Source: a virus. Taken from it: 64,000 nucleotides of DNA. How positions within the stretch are numbered: the first letter of the stretch is position 1; each line of letters starts with the position of its first letter. The notes under the pieces are model-generated. The model was given only the letters and a program-made list of their open reading frames with translations, had not been told where the DNA came from and did no database searches. Location of the stretch: positions 64,001-128,000 of IMG/VR virus record IMGVR_UViG_3300037507_004165. The stretch is one strand, 5' to 3'. The translations under genes were made by a program, and so were the position numbers. Below are positions 53,894 through 63,365 of this stretch, piece by piece.

Positions 53894-54097
53894 ATGGACT
53901 GCAGCAATCCAACACATCACATAAAGAATCAAGAGCCTTGCAAGAACCATAACGGCTGTTCATGTGGTAACAATGGTCATGGACATAATCCCCATGATCA
54001 TCACTATCACATCAATAAGCATAATCTTAAAATCTGGCTTTTGAACGCCGCCTACCTTAGTTTACATGCTGTGACAATATATCTATTAGTTAAATAA
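53894..54097 (+). CDS. His/Cys-rich small membrane protein
   Basis: MDCSNPTHH..GHGHNPHDHHYH then a C-terminal hydrophobic helix. Confidence 0.55.
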   Translation: MDCSNPTHHIKNQEPCKNHNGCSCGNNGHGHNPHDHHYHINKHNLKIWLLNAAYLSLHAVTIYLLVK

Positions 54098-54129
54098 TTT
54101 ATTCTTCTTAGATAAGAAAGAGTCTGTAA

Positions 54130-54312
54130 ATGGCAAAAGTAAATAAACCAACAAAACCAGCTTTGTGGTCTAGCGCAAAGTCGCAAGCTAAGGCAAAGTT
54201 CGACGTATATCCATCTGCGTACGCCAACGCTTGGGCTGCTAAAAAGTATAAGTCAATGGGTGGCGGATGGAAAACTGTATCCTCAAAGAAGGTTAAAAGA
54301 AAGAAAAAATAA
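54130..54312 (+). CDS. Small basic protein
   Basis: KFDVYPSAYANAWAAKKYKSMGGGW. Confidence 0.7.
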   Translation: MAKVNKPTKPALWSSAKSQAKAKFDVYPSAYANAWAAKKYKSMGGGWKTVSSKKVKRKKK

Positions 54313-54596
54313 TGGCTGGTCCTAAAGGTGTCGGTCTAACTAAATGGTTTAACCAAAGATGGGTAAACATAGGCGCTCCCAAAAAAAATGGTAAGTGGCA
54401 GCCGTGTGGAACATCTGGATCTGGTGGATCCGGATACGCTAAATGTGTTCCAGTAGCAAAAGCTAACTCTATGTCTTCCGCACAAAGAAAAAGTGCAGTT
54501 CAAAGAAAGAGATCTCAGGGTACCGCAAAAAAGGGAGTTAAGGGTCAAGCGCCTAAAAATGTAAGCACCTTTAAAAATAAAAAAAGAAAAAAGTAA
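54312..54596 (+). CDS. Small basic protein
   Basis: GLTKWFNQRWV..PCG..YAKCVP. Confidence 0.7.
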   Translation: MAGPKGVGLTKWFNQRWVNIGAPKKNGKWQPCGTSGSGGSGYAKCVPVAKANSMSSAQRKSAVQRKRSQGTAKKGVKGQAPKNVSTFKNKKRKK

Positions 54597-54597
54597 A

Positions 54598-54804
54598 ATG
54601 AATGAAAAAGAGATATTTGATGGCTACATGCCCACAATATCAGATATAACAATTTCTAAAGAAACTCCGTCAATTACGTCAGATGGCAAACTTTTAAACG
54701 TACATTGTGTTACAATTAGAGCTGCGGAAAAAGACTATGTATTTAGTATTTATCCAGAAGATTTAAGGAAGTTATATTTTTTAATATTAAAAACACTAAT
54801 GTAG
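54598..54804 (+). CDS. Hypothetical protein
   Basis: Tightly packed ORF. Confidence 0.55.
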   Translation: MNEKEIFDGYMPTISDITISKETPSITSDGKLLNVHCVTIRAAEKDYVFSIYPEDLRKLYFLILKTLM

Positions 54805-54813
54805 GTTTGTATT

Positions 54814-55587
54814 ATGTATCTCGAATTGATTAAAGGTGTTGATGTCGGGGATGTCCCTCCAACACCGATGATGCCGATAACCCTTTATCTGTCTACTGAA
54901 GAGGGTTTTGATTCTTTGATTGCCGTAGCAAAAAGATATGGGCATCCAGTTAGTTATATACAGGAGCAAGAAGGTAGGCTGATACAGAATATACTTCCTG
55001 TTCACAAGACTGAGTCCCAACAGATATCTACATCTTCAAAGGTAGAGTTGTTTCTTCATACAGAAACAGCTTTTCATCCATATAAACCAGACTTTGTTTT
55101 ACTTCTTTGTTTAAGGGGTGACAAAAAAGCCATTACAACTTACGCAAAAGTGGATGATATTGTTTCTTATTTAGATGAGGAGACAATAAAATTTTTACAA
55201 AAAGACTGGTATATAACAGGAGTAGATGACAGTTTTAGAACCAGAGGAGAACCGGATAAAAAAATCCTTCTATCTGTTTTAAAGTTAGAAGAAGATGGTT
55301 CCTATTCAATGATTTATGATCAGTCAATTATGGAGGGGACTAATTCATTTGCATCAGAGGCTTTAAGAAAATTTGATGAGGCTGTAAGAAAATCAATAAA
55401 AGAAGTCATTCTAGAAACTGGCGATTTATTAATACTAAATAACAACAAGGTTATTCATGGAAGAAAACCCTTTCAAGCTAGATATGACGGAACCGATAGA
55501 TGGGTTCAAAGAATGTTGGTCAGAAAAAATCTTCCTCCAAAATCTGAAATTAGTGAACATATAATTACTACGGATTTTTCTAAATGA
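54814..55587 (+). CDS. TauD/TfdA (clavaminate synthase-like) Fe(II)/2-oxoglutarate dioxygenase
   Basis: LHTETAFH..PDFVLLLCLR, GDLLILNNNKVIHGR, RWVQR. Confidence 0.85.
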   Translation: MYLELIKGVDVGDVPPTPMMPITLYLSTEEGFDSLIAVAKRYGHPVSYIQEQEGRLIQNILPVHKTESQQISTSSKVELFLHTETAFHPYKPDFVLLLCLRGDKKAITTYAKVDDIVSYLDEETIKFLQKDWYITGVDDSFRTRGEPDKKILLSVLKLEEDGSYSMIYDQSIMEGTNSFASEALRKFDEAVRKSIKEVILETGDLLILNNNKVIHGRKPFQARYDGTDRWVQRMLVRKNLPPKSEISEHIITTDFSK

Positions 55588-56249
55588 TAGATAGAAAAAT
55601 ATATTGCGTTTGGGTTGGAGAAAATACAGCCATGAACGAGAATAGAATTAACGGGCTTGAATCAATAAGAAAAAACTCTGGCGTAGAAGTTGTTTTAGTA
55701 AATAATGATAATTTGAATTCTTTTGTCAAAGAAGGGCACCCTATCCACGAAGGCTTTAAGTATCTTTCTGACGTACATAAGTCAGACTATCTCCGATGCT
55801 ACCTAATGCATCACTATGGTGGTGGATACTCTGATATAAAACCATGTAGTTGGGATTGGAATATATATTTTGATCGATTGGAAAAGGGTTATGATTACGG
55901 AGTTGGTGCACCAGAAGATGAGGGTCCTTTAAGTACTCCTTTGATAATAAGAAAAGAATACGGCGATCATTGGGACAAAATGATTTCAGCAGATTTATTT
56001 ATTTTTAAACCCTACACTGTATTTACTTCTTATTGGTATACTCAGATGATGCAAAGAATGGATGAGAATCTAGTCCCATTAAAAAAGAATCCAGCTACAA
56101 CTTCAAGGGAAGCAGCAGATACAGTTGTAACCAAGTATCCGATTAGATGGGCTGGTATACTATGTGAAATATTCCATCCGCTTTGTGTAAATTTTACAGA
56201 CAGAATATCAAAAACTATGCCACTTCCAATAAGAGATAACTATAGATAA
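55584..56249 (+). CDS. Glycosyltransferase (GT32/capsular synthesis-like)
   Basis: IYCVWVG, HKSDYLRCYLMHHYGGGYSDIK. Confidence 0.75.
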   Translation: MIDRKIYCVWVGENTAMNENRINGLESIRKNSGVEVVLVNNDNLNSFVKEGHPIHEGFKYLSDVHKSDYLRCYLMHHYGGGYSDIKPCSWDWNIYFDRLEKGYDYGVGAPEDEGPLSTPLIIRKEYGDHWDKMISADLFIFKPYTVFTSYWYTQMMQRMDENLVPLKKNPATTSREAADTVVTKYPIRWAGILCEIFHPLCVNFTDRISKTMPLPIRDNYR

Positions 56250-56251
56250 TC

Positions 56252-56935
56252 ATGGTTTCTGACTGGAAGAATAACACGGTAGTTTGCACAGCTGTTTGCG
56301 GAGCCTACGAGCATGCGCTTCCTTCGAGCAGAAAAATAGATGGAGTTGATTTCATATATTTTACTGATGGCAAATCTAATTTCCCGATTACTGAACCATG
56401 GAAAGAAATAGTTCTTGGGGATGATCATTTGGATGATAGAAGAAGATCTAAAAAACCTAAGCTTAATCCTCACTCTATACCAGAGTTATTAAATTATAAA
56501 TATCTGGTATGGATAGACGGAAGTATGACTATAAAAAATGACGGTTTCATAGAGCATATTATGTCTTTTATGTCCAATGGTTTTGTTGTTTCTCCGCATT
56601 TTGATAATAGGAACTGCGCCTACGGAGAAGCAACAATAAGGCCGATGAAGTATGCAAATGAGCCTTTGGATGAACAGGTAGCATTCTATAAATCAGAGGG
56701 TTTTCCAGAAAACTATGGTCTTTACGAGTGTGGGATATCCGCTAGAGACATGTCCAACAGTTTTGTAAAAGATTTTGGCCAGCTTTGGCACCAGCAAAAC
56801 TTGATTTGGTCCTATCAGGATCAGGTTAGTTTTCCTTACTGTCTTTGGAAAACTGGATTTATTCCAGATGTTTTACCAAAAAGTTTTAGAGAATATGACT
56901 GGGTCATTGTTAATGCCCATAGGAGTGAAAAATAG
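56252..56935 (+). CDS. DUF616-like glycosyltransferase
   Basis: VCTAVCGAYE, FIYFTD, KLNPH, VWIDGS, H..RNCAYGEA, QDQVSFPY. Confidence 0.75.
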   Translation: MVSDWKNNTVVCTAVCGAYEHALPSSRKIDGVDFIYFTDGKSNFPITEPWKEIVLGDDHLDDRRRSKKPKLNPHSIPELLNYKYLVWIDGSMTIKNDGFIEHIMSFMSNGFVVSPHFDNRNCAYGEATIRPMKYANEPLDEQVAFYKSEGFPENYGLYECGISARDMSNSFVKDFGQLWHQQNLIWSYQDQVSFPYCLWKTGFIPDVLPKSFREYDWVIVNAHRSEK

Positions 56936-56937
56936 TT

Positions 56938-57477
56938 ATGATAAAATTTAATCTCGGTGGCATAGGTGTCGGCGGACAAGAATACAAAACTGTAAACTTG
57001 GCTGAAATCTGTGATATTAAAGCAAATATAATGGATCTAGATTCATTCTGTGCGGACAATCAAGTAGACGAATTTTTTCTTTCCCATACGCTTGAACATA
57101 TAACTGTTACAGAATATAAAAACTTTCTTTTAAATATGAAAAAGAAATTAAAAGTTGGTGGAAAAATTAAAATAATTCAAACGGATATAGGAAGACTCAT
57201 AAAAATGTGGACAGAAGGAAAGATATCTTTTAGAACAATGAGAGCTCCAATATTTACCCCAGCAACTAGATGCAAAGACAATATACTCCAGCAGCACCAG
57301 AGTATGTGGAGCCAGGAAGAGTTGATAAAAGACTTTGAGTCCATAGGAATGAAAGCAGAGGGGTTTGATGCCGGTTACTGGCAGTACGATGTGTATGATG
57401 ACATTCTTCCAAAAGAAACAGAGATTGATTTCGGAAAAAATATTCCGAATCTTGGAGTAATAGCTACAAAAAAATAA
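56938..57477 (+). CDS. SAM-dependent methyltransferase-like protein
   Basis: FNLGGIG, SHTLEHI, LKVGGKIKI. Confidence 0.6.
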   Translation: MIKFNLGGIGVGGQEYKTVNLAEICDIKANIMDLDSFCADNQVDEFFLSHTLEHITVTEYKNFLLNMKKKLKVGGKIKIIQTDIGRLIKMWTEGKISFRTMRAPIFTPATRCKDNILQQHQSMWSQEELIKDFESIGMKAEGFDAGYWQYDVYDDILPKETEIDFGKNIPNLGVIATKK

Positions 57478-57552
57478 AAGATTTATAGCGTTGTTACGGA
57501 AACATCCCTGCTATACTGAATGTCACGGAGGCCAGTTAAATTCCTGAGCTAC

Positions 57553-57597
57553 AAATGGTGAGTGGTGATTTTATTATCACTACTCACCATTTTTTTA
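57553..57597 (+). terminator. Intrinsic terminator
   Basis: 17-bp stem AAATGGTGAGTGGTGAT/ATCACTACTCACCATTT (one G-U) followed by T run. Confidence 0.75.
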
Positions 57598-57639
57598 TTA
57601 CTATAAAGCCATCCTAACAATCGAAGGGGATGTTAGAAT

Positions 57640-60600
57640 ATGCGTTTAAAGTTACGTAGTGGGTGGTTTATAGCTGTACCGATGCTCCTTATGAGCATCT
57701 TTTCTTTTGTCCCTACAAGGTCAGCAAATGCAGCTGACGGCAATAAGCTAGTTTTTGCCTATCAACAAACCACAGTCTCCCAAGACGTTAACGTTTCCTC
57801 AACCATTGCTGGTGGAAGTACCCTCACGGCAACTGTCTCTGCCGCTGAGGTTCAAGATTGGAAGCCATCATCTGACACACTTGCCCTTGGCATTCAACTC
57901 CTGGGCTCTGGTGGTGGGAGCATCTATTCCCACAGCACTGGCTTCCTTAGCCTTACTGATGGTGGGGTCTTTAATGATTATTCTATTAGTGTCACTGCGG
58001 CAGGGGTGGGCGCTGGTTGGAACAGCGTAACCACGGCTCGTATTTTTATCATTGGTCAAGATGGCGAGTTATGGGCTGGTAACTACGGAACCCAAGTTGA
58101 GTCAGCATCTCTCAAACTTGACGGAACAGAACTGCTTACTAATACAGAGTTTGTAACAAGTTCAAGCTGGACATCCTCAGTTGGGTGGCAGACATGTTCT
58201 GCCAATTCTGGCTACCAACCCTGCGTTGGTATTAGTGCTGTTCAGATAAACAACGCATCAACTACTACGGTTGCCACCACAACAACGGCTGCCCCGACTA
58301 CTACCGTCCCCCCAACCACAACAGTTCCTCCTGCGCCACTTGATGGCTCTGCTTGTGCTACTTCAACAACCTCAAACAACTACGCTTACGGAGGATCAGG
58401 AATCCTGGCAAGTTCTTCGCCTGATACATTCCGACTAACGCAAGCAGCTGGCAACCAGTTTGGAGCCATCTGGAACAAGGCTAGGTTTGATATATCAGAA
58501 GATTTCTGTGTTAAAGCTGAAGTTTATTTGGGTTCAAACGATGGTGGTGCTGATGGACTGGCTTTCGTGATGCAGCCAAACTCAGTTGCAGCAGGGTCAA
58601 CTGGAGGTGGCTTAGGGTATGCGGGCATCACTCCATCGTTTGCTTTGGAGTTTGATACATGGCCGAACAGTGATCCATCAGCTGACCATATCGGTCTGAT
58701 GTACAACGGCAATACAAGTCACTATGCAGGTACTCAATGGCCAACCGGTGCAGAAGGCGAACAGTCTGGTGTGTATGCACCAGTTGAACTTTCCGACATT
58801 GAAGATAATCAGTGGAGATATTTTAAACTGTTCTGGGATTCAGAAACAGAAGAACTCAGTGTGTTCTTTGACAGAAATGCAGATGGAGACTTATCCGATT
58901 CTGGTGAACTTGTTTATGACGCTGTAGCCATTGACCTTGGGTCAATATTCACTACTGGAAATGCCTACTGGGGATTCACTGCCGCCACCGGTGGTGCCAA
59001 CAACCTCCAGCAAGTTCGCAACATTACATATGAAGCACTCAATCGTGCAAATGTTTCGCCTACAATGCCCACAGCACCAGCAAGCGCGACTATCCAGTCC
59101 ACAACAATAGGAACAGTTCCATTTGTTTTAGCTGATGACTCAACAAGTCAATCACAGTGGACATTCACAACCTCTTCTAGCGACACAGCAATAGTTCCAA
59201 CTAATGCCATTTCCGTAAGCATGTCTTCATCTACTCAGGGGGCACTATCAATCACGCCAGCTTACACAGCAAATGGTGGATCATCAACTGTGACACTGAA
59301 TGCCACAGATGCTGACGGAACAACTATTTCTGCATCATTTTTGGTTACTGTTACTGCAGCCCCGAATGCTCTTATTGTCTCTTCTTTAGCTGATACAAAT
59401 ACTTCAGGCACACTGCGTTGGGCAATTAATCAAGCCAATGCTCAGTCTGGTGGCATGTATGATGCTATCCAAATTACAACACAGGGCACAATCACTCTCA
59501 CTTCTGACTTACCAGCAATTACGCAGGGCGTTACGATTACTGGAACAGGTATGAGTACCACAATTGTTGATGGTAATAATCTTTATCGCGCAATTTATAA
59601 TAACGGATCTCGAACAATCGTCATTGAAGACATGACATTTAAGCAAGGCAAAAACGTTTCTTGGAACGGTGGTCTCATCTACAACGCAAGCGGCACGATG
59701 ACATTTAACAGAATAAAGATTTCTAATCACTCATCGTGGGCCTTCTACCAAGGCGGTGGTGGTGTAACCACGTTCAATAATTCGCAGTTTGCCAATAATG
59801 GTTATGCAATTACTTCTGACCATGGGACTACACCAACCTCACTTAGCCTTTTTGATACTTCTTATACCAATCGCATTTACATTAATAATTCAGTATTCAC
59901 ATCTAATACCTATGGCATTCGCACTGAACGCTTTACAAAAATTGAGAACAGCCAATTCACTGGCAATACTTATGGTGCGGTTCTCAATGGTCTCAACCGT
60001 CAGCAAGTTATAAATTCGACATTTACCAACAATACTGGGGCTGCAGTTTATTTTTCATCTTGGATTCCAACGTCTTGGACACCGGGAGCGGGAAATCAAA
60101 CTGTTTCAGGAAGCATTTTTAACGGTAATAATGTAGCAATCCAGTTTGCCAACAGCTTTAATAATGGTGCAAGTACATACAACAATGTAAGTGCTAACTC
60201 CTGGTCGACATCGACAAATAATACTTTTGGCGCAACATCTTCAAATACGACCAACTATTCTGGTTCTGGGCATGTATCCACTGGAGACACAGTAACAGTA
60301 TTAACAATTTGTGCACCAAGAAATCTTACCGTAACAGAAACTGGTGACAACATTGTTTTAGATTGGGACGCACCTAATTGCGGAACACGTCAGCCAGAAC
60401 GTTATGCAATAATGTTTACTTCTGGAAGTCTCGCAGGATGGGGTGTGGCAACTGGCAATGTTGGAGACGCCAATGCTCTTAATACTTACTATACATTTAC
60501 CAAATCATATTTCAGTGGATTCGATGTGGCTCCTGGCTCGACTTGGAGATTTTCTGTTCGTTCAGACAACGACACTCTTGGCTTGTATTCTGACAGAACG

Positions 60601-61968
60601 GATGAGGTATCAATTGCAATTGGTACTCCGCCCACTACAACCACTACAACTGAACCAGCATCAAGTGAGGTCACAAATCCTTCTGCTCCTTCATCCACTC
60701 TTCCTGATGGCGACGGAGAGCAGCCCTCAGAGACAACCACGACTTCAGTGCCTCCCATAGAAGACGAAGAAGAAGCAACGACTACTACTCTTCCTGAATC
60801 GGACGGCGGAGACGATCAAGACCAGCCTGAGGGGGTCCAACCTGATGATGAGCAGCAGGAGCCTGAAACAGATCAGACCCCTCCTTTTGATGGACCACAA
60901 GAATCAGAAGAAGAGCAGCCGATAGACACAACAGGCCCAGAAGAAACATCGCCAGAACAAACAGAAAATATATCACAAGAGACAATAGTAACACAAGAGG
61001 AATTAGAAAGTCTTATTGAAGACATATCTTCTGAAGAAATTCAAGTGGAACAGGTGCTAGAGGTAATTGAGGACCTTAATGCAGAGCAATTAACAGAAGT
61101 ATTAGAGGCTATAGAACCAGAAAAATTGGCTGAAGTAATAGATGAATTATCTGAGGAGCAGGTTACTGATCTTATTGAAAATATTGAGTCAGCTGAGGCT
61201 TTAGATAATGTGATCAGCGCAATCGCTGATTCAGAAGAGCCACTAGAAGCGGCTGTTGCAGTTGCCATCATTTTAAATGATAACTTTGCTGAGATATCTA
61301 CAGAAGCAGCTCAGGAGGTCTTTGCCAGTGTTGATTCCGATGCTTTTACGGAAGAGCAAAAGTCTGAATTGTCAGAGACATTGACAGAAGCACCAGCTGA
61401 AATTAAAGAAGCTTTTGAAGAGGAAATAAACGTTTATGCAGAGGGCTTTGATGAGTACGTTCCATTAGGTTCCAATGTAGACGTAGGAGCGCGTAGGACG
61501 CTTATAGCAGCTTCTGCTGTGCTATCCACAATAGCTGTAGCCGGAGCTGCTGGAGCAGCTTCTGGAGGCCCTACAGGGCCTTCTGGAGGGTCGTCTGGTG
61601 GTGGAAGTGGCTCTGGTGGAGGATCACCTGCATCTGGCACAAACGACGCTGCCAGAAGAGAAGATGAAGAAGAAGAAGCTTCTGGAGAAATAGCTGGTCC
61701 AGAGGATGACGAAGATGAAAAAAATTATACAAAAAATAGCATATTCAAATACTATATAGAAGGGGGTATAGAAATGAAAAAACTAGATTGGGTAGGCCTT
61801 GGCAAAAAGATTTGGGAAATTAGTGCTGGTTTGGCCTTTACTATGGCTGGTAGCTTTGTAATGTTCATAACATTGTCTGGCGATACCAGAAAAATGGCCA
61901 TCATAGCTACAGCTGTAGCCCTTGGTGTTCATTATGTCCATGAGGTATTTAAAAAAGACGAGGAGTAA
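57640..61968 (+). CDS. Large secreted, membrane-anchored lectin/adhesin-like protein
   Basis: Signal peptide (..SANA/A), Thr/Pro linkers, legume-lectin domain (GADGLAFV, ALEFDTW, WGFTAATG), Ig-like domain, beta-helix (SLADTNTSGTLRWAINQAN), FN3 (APRNLTV..LDWDAP), acidic stalk, C-terminal TM helices. Confidence 0.8.
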   Translation: MRLKLRSGWFIAVPMLLMSIFSFVPTRSANAADGNKLVFAYQQTTVSQDVNVSSTIAGGSTLTATVSAAEVQDWKPSSDTLALGIQLLGSGGGSIYSHSTGFLSLTDGGVFNDYSISVTAAGVGAGWNSVTTARIFIIGQDGELWAGNYGTQVESASLKLDGTELLTNTEFVTSSSWTSSVGWQTCSANSGYQPCVGISAVQINNASTTTVATTTTAAPTTTVPPTTTVPPAPLDGSACATSTTSNNYAYGGSGILASSSPDTFRLTQAAGNQFGAIWNKARFDISEDFCVKAEVYLGSNDGGADGLAFVMQPNSVAAGSTGGGLGYAGITPSFALEFDTWPNSDPSADHIGLMYNGNTSHYAGTQWPTGAEGEQSGVYAPVELSDIEDNQWRYFKLFWDSETEELSVFFDRNADGDLSDSGELVYDAVAIDLGSIFTTGNAYWGFTAATGGANNLQQVRNITYEALNRANVSPTMPTAPASATIQSTTIGTVPFVLADDSTSQSQWTFTTSSSDTAIVPTNAISVSMSSSTQGALSITPAYTANGGSSTVTLNATDADGTTISASFLVTVTAAPNALIVSSLADTNTSGTLRWAINQANAQSGGMYDAIQITTQGTITLTSDLPAITQGVTITGTGMSTTIVDGNNLYRAIYNNGSRTIVIEDMTFKQGKNVSWNGGLIYNASGTMTFNRIKISNHSSWAFYQGGGGVTTFNNSQFANNGYAITSDHGTTPTSLSLFDTSYTNRIYINNSVFTSNTYGIRTERFTKIENSQFTGNTYGAVLNGLNRQQVINSTFTNNTGAAVYFSSWIPTSWTPGAGNQTVSGSIFNGNNVAIQFANSFNNGASTYNNVSANSWSTSTNNTFGATSSNTTNYSGSGHVSTGDTVTVLTICAPRNLTVTETGDNIVLDWDAPNCGTRQPERYAIMFTSGSLAGWGVATGNVGDANALNTYYTFTKSYFSGFDVAPGSTWRFSVRSDNDTLGLYSDRTDEVSIAIGTPPTTTTTTEPASSEVTNPSAPSSTLPDGDGEQPSETTTTSVPPIEDEEEATTTTLPESDGGDDQDQPEGVQPDDEQQEPETDQTPPFDGPQESEEEQPIDTTGPEETSPEQTENISQETIVTQEELESLIEDISSEEIQVEQVLEVIEDLNAEQLTEVLEAIEPEKLAEVIDELSEEQVTDLIENIESAEALDNVISAIADSEEPLEAAVAVAIILNDNFAEISTEAAQEVFASVDSDAFTEEQKSELSETLTEAPAEIKEAFEEEINVYAEGFDEYVPLGSNVDVGARRTLIAASAVLSTIAVAGAAGAASGGPTGPSGGSSGGGSGSGGGSPASGTNDAARREDEEEEASGEIAGPEDDEDEKNYTKNSIFKYYIEGGIEMKKLDWVGLGKKIWEISAGLAFTMAGSFVMFITLSGDTRKMAIIATAVALGVHYVHEVFKKDEE

Positions 61969-61971
61969 AAT

Positions 61972-62130
61972 ATGAGCCGAATACTTTCGGCAAAAGTTGA
62001 TACTAGAGTAGAAGAAGTAAAATCTTCTTTGGAACAGTTTTTATCTGAGATATCAAAACAGGAGAGAGACTTGTTCTCTTATAGTGAAATAGAAAATATG
62101 TTACTTGATATATATAACTTAGTAAGATAA
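61972..62130 (+). CDS. Small hypothetical protein (52 aa)
   Basis: SD GAGGAG; MSRILSAK.. Confidence 0.55.
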   Translation: MSRILSAKVDTRVEEVKSSLEQFLSEISKQERDLFSYSEIENMLLDIYNLVR

Positions 62131-62139
62131 TATTGGTAT

Positions 62140-62277
62140 ATGAAAGAAAGATTTTTTATTGATAAACTAAGTTGTTGGTGGGCACTTGGAGTTACAGTGG
62201 GCACCGAAAAAGGCGATAGATATGTAGGCGTCTATCTGCTTAAGTGGATGATAGGATTTAAATTAGAAAGAAAATAA
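62140..62277 (+). CDS. Small hypothetical protein (45 aa)
   Basis: MKERFFIDK..; tight packing. Confidence 0.45.
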   Translation: MKERFFIDKLSCWWALGVTVGTEKGDRYVGVYLLKWMIGFKLERK

Positions 62278-62278
62278 A

Positions 62279-62395
62279 ATGGCTAAATGTTGCAAGCACA
62301 AAAAAGAAGTACATTGTCAGTGCGATTGTCACCAAAGGTTAACTCATAGCTGCGAAACAAAAAAGGGCTTTTGGTCAAGACTTTTTAAAAGATAA
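62279..62395 (+). CDS. Small Cys/His-rich protein (38 aa)
   Basis: MAKCCKHKKEVHCQCDCH.. Confidence 0.45.
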   Translation: MAKCCKHKKEVHCQCDCHQRLTHSCETKKGFWSRLFKR

Positions 62396-62426
62396 TTTAT
62401 TCTTCTGGCTGTTCTTTAATAAAAAT

Positions 62427-62876
62427 TTAAACCCAAGCTTTGGTGCCACTCATATCCACTGACACCTCTCTAAAGTCTGGCATATTGCTTGTGTCTTGGT
62501 TTCCATTTATCGCAAAGACCTCTGCACGAAAAACTTCTCGTGCCTCCAAATAAGGACCTGCATAGCTGGGGTCAATGCCTACATAAGTAGGTTGACCGTT
62601 GAAGTCCACAATTTTCCCATTGAGTGGTAGTCCGCCCCCCTTGCTGACCAAATCGGCGTAGGCGTTATAAAGAGATTTGTTATATAGAGCTAAATCTTCT
62701 GCTCTAAAGTTCCAGTCAAAGTAGTGCACCATTTTGTAAACCCAGTCCGGAAGCCCAACGAGCCAGCGGTCGCAAGGTTGACCTACCCCATCACCACCAA
62801 GGCCATACCACCTAACGTAATCTTCACCGCAATCTGAGCGATGATAAACAATTCCGTCACCATTTTTCTTTGCCAT
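62427..62876 (-). CDS. Hypothetical protein
   Basis: 149-aa ORF with SD GAGGA. Confidence 0.65.
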   Translation of the reverse strand: MAKKNGDGIVYHRSDCGEDYVRWYGLGGDGVGQPCDRWLVGLPDWVYKMVHYFDWNFRAEDLALYNKSLYNAYADLVSKGGGLPLNGKIVDFNGQPTYVGIDPSYAGPYLEAREVFRAEVFAINGNQDTSNMPDFREVSVDMSGTKAWV

Positions 62877-62877
62877 T

Positions 62878-63159
62878 TTATTCCTCTATTTCTGTAATAT
62901 CGTTACCGTTTTTATCTTTGGTATTTCGGCCCGTTGAAATCATTAAGCCAGCAAGCGTGCCAGTTATAAAAGTTGCAACGCTTGAAAGAACGCCAAAAAA
63001 CATCTTGTCATTTTCAGCTTGAGCACCTATGGGCTGAGTAACAAATACTAGTGCGTACAATACTCCAACCGTTGTTATAGTCAATACTCCAGCCAGCACG
63101 CAGCCAACAACAAACTTAAGGCGAGCATCTAACTCTTCTGGTGTTAATCTTTTTTTCAT
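62878..63159 (-). CDS. Two-TM membrane protein
   Basis: MKKRLTPEELDARLKFVVG..; two hydrophobic helices. Confidence 0.65.
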   Translation of the reverse strand: MKKRLTPEELDARLKFVVGCVLAGVLTITTVGVLYALVFVTQPIGAQAENDKMFFGVLSSVATFITGTLAGLMISTGRNTKDKNGNDITEIEE

Positions 63160-63365
63160 GGTTGATCCCCTTGCGGAATTTCTGTTGAATTTGTTGGATC
63201 GAATCCAATTAAGTTTTCTGTACACATTCCATCTACTAGGCATACTGGTGGATTACACTCCTCATTTTCCCAATTTTCTGGATCTTGACATTCGTAACGA
63301 TAGTGTCCTTCGTATCCACATCCAGATAAAACCAAAATAGCCACCGCCACTAATGCCTTTTTCAT
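63156..63365 (-). CDS. Small lipoprotein
   Basis: Lipobox LSGC after a hydrophobic signal; Cys-rich body. Confidence 0.65.
   Translation of the reverse strand: MKKALVAVAILVLSGCGYEGHYRYECQDPENWENEECNPPVCLVDGMCTENLIGFDPTNSTEIPQGDQP

Noticed and set aside
339-61640. Many short antisense and alternate-frame ORFs in the track
   Set aside because: They are shadows of long + strand genes with no SD or recognisable motifs.
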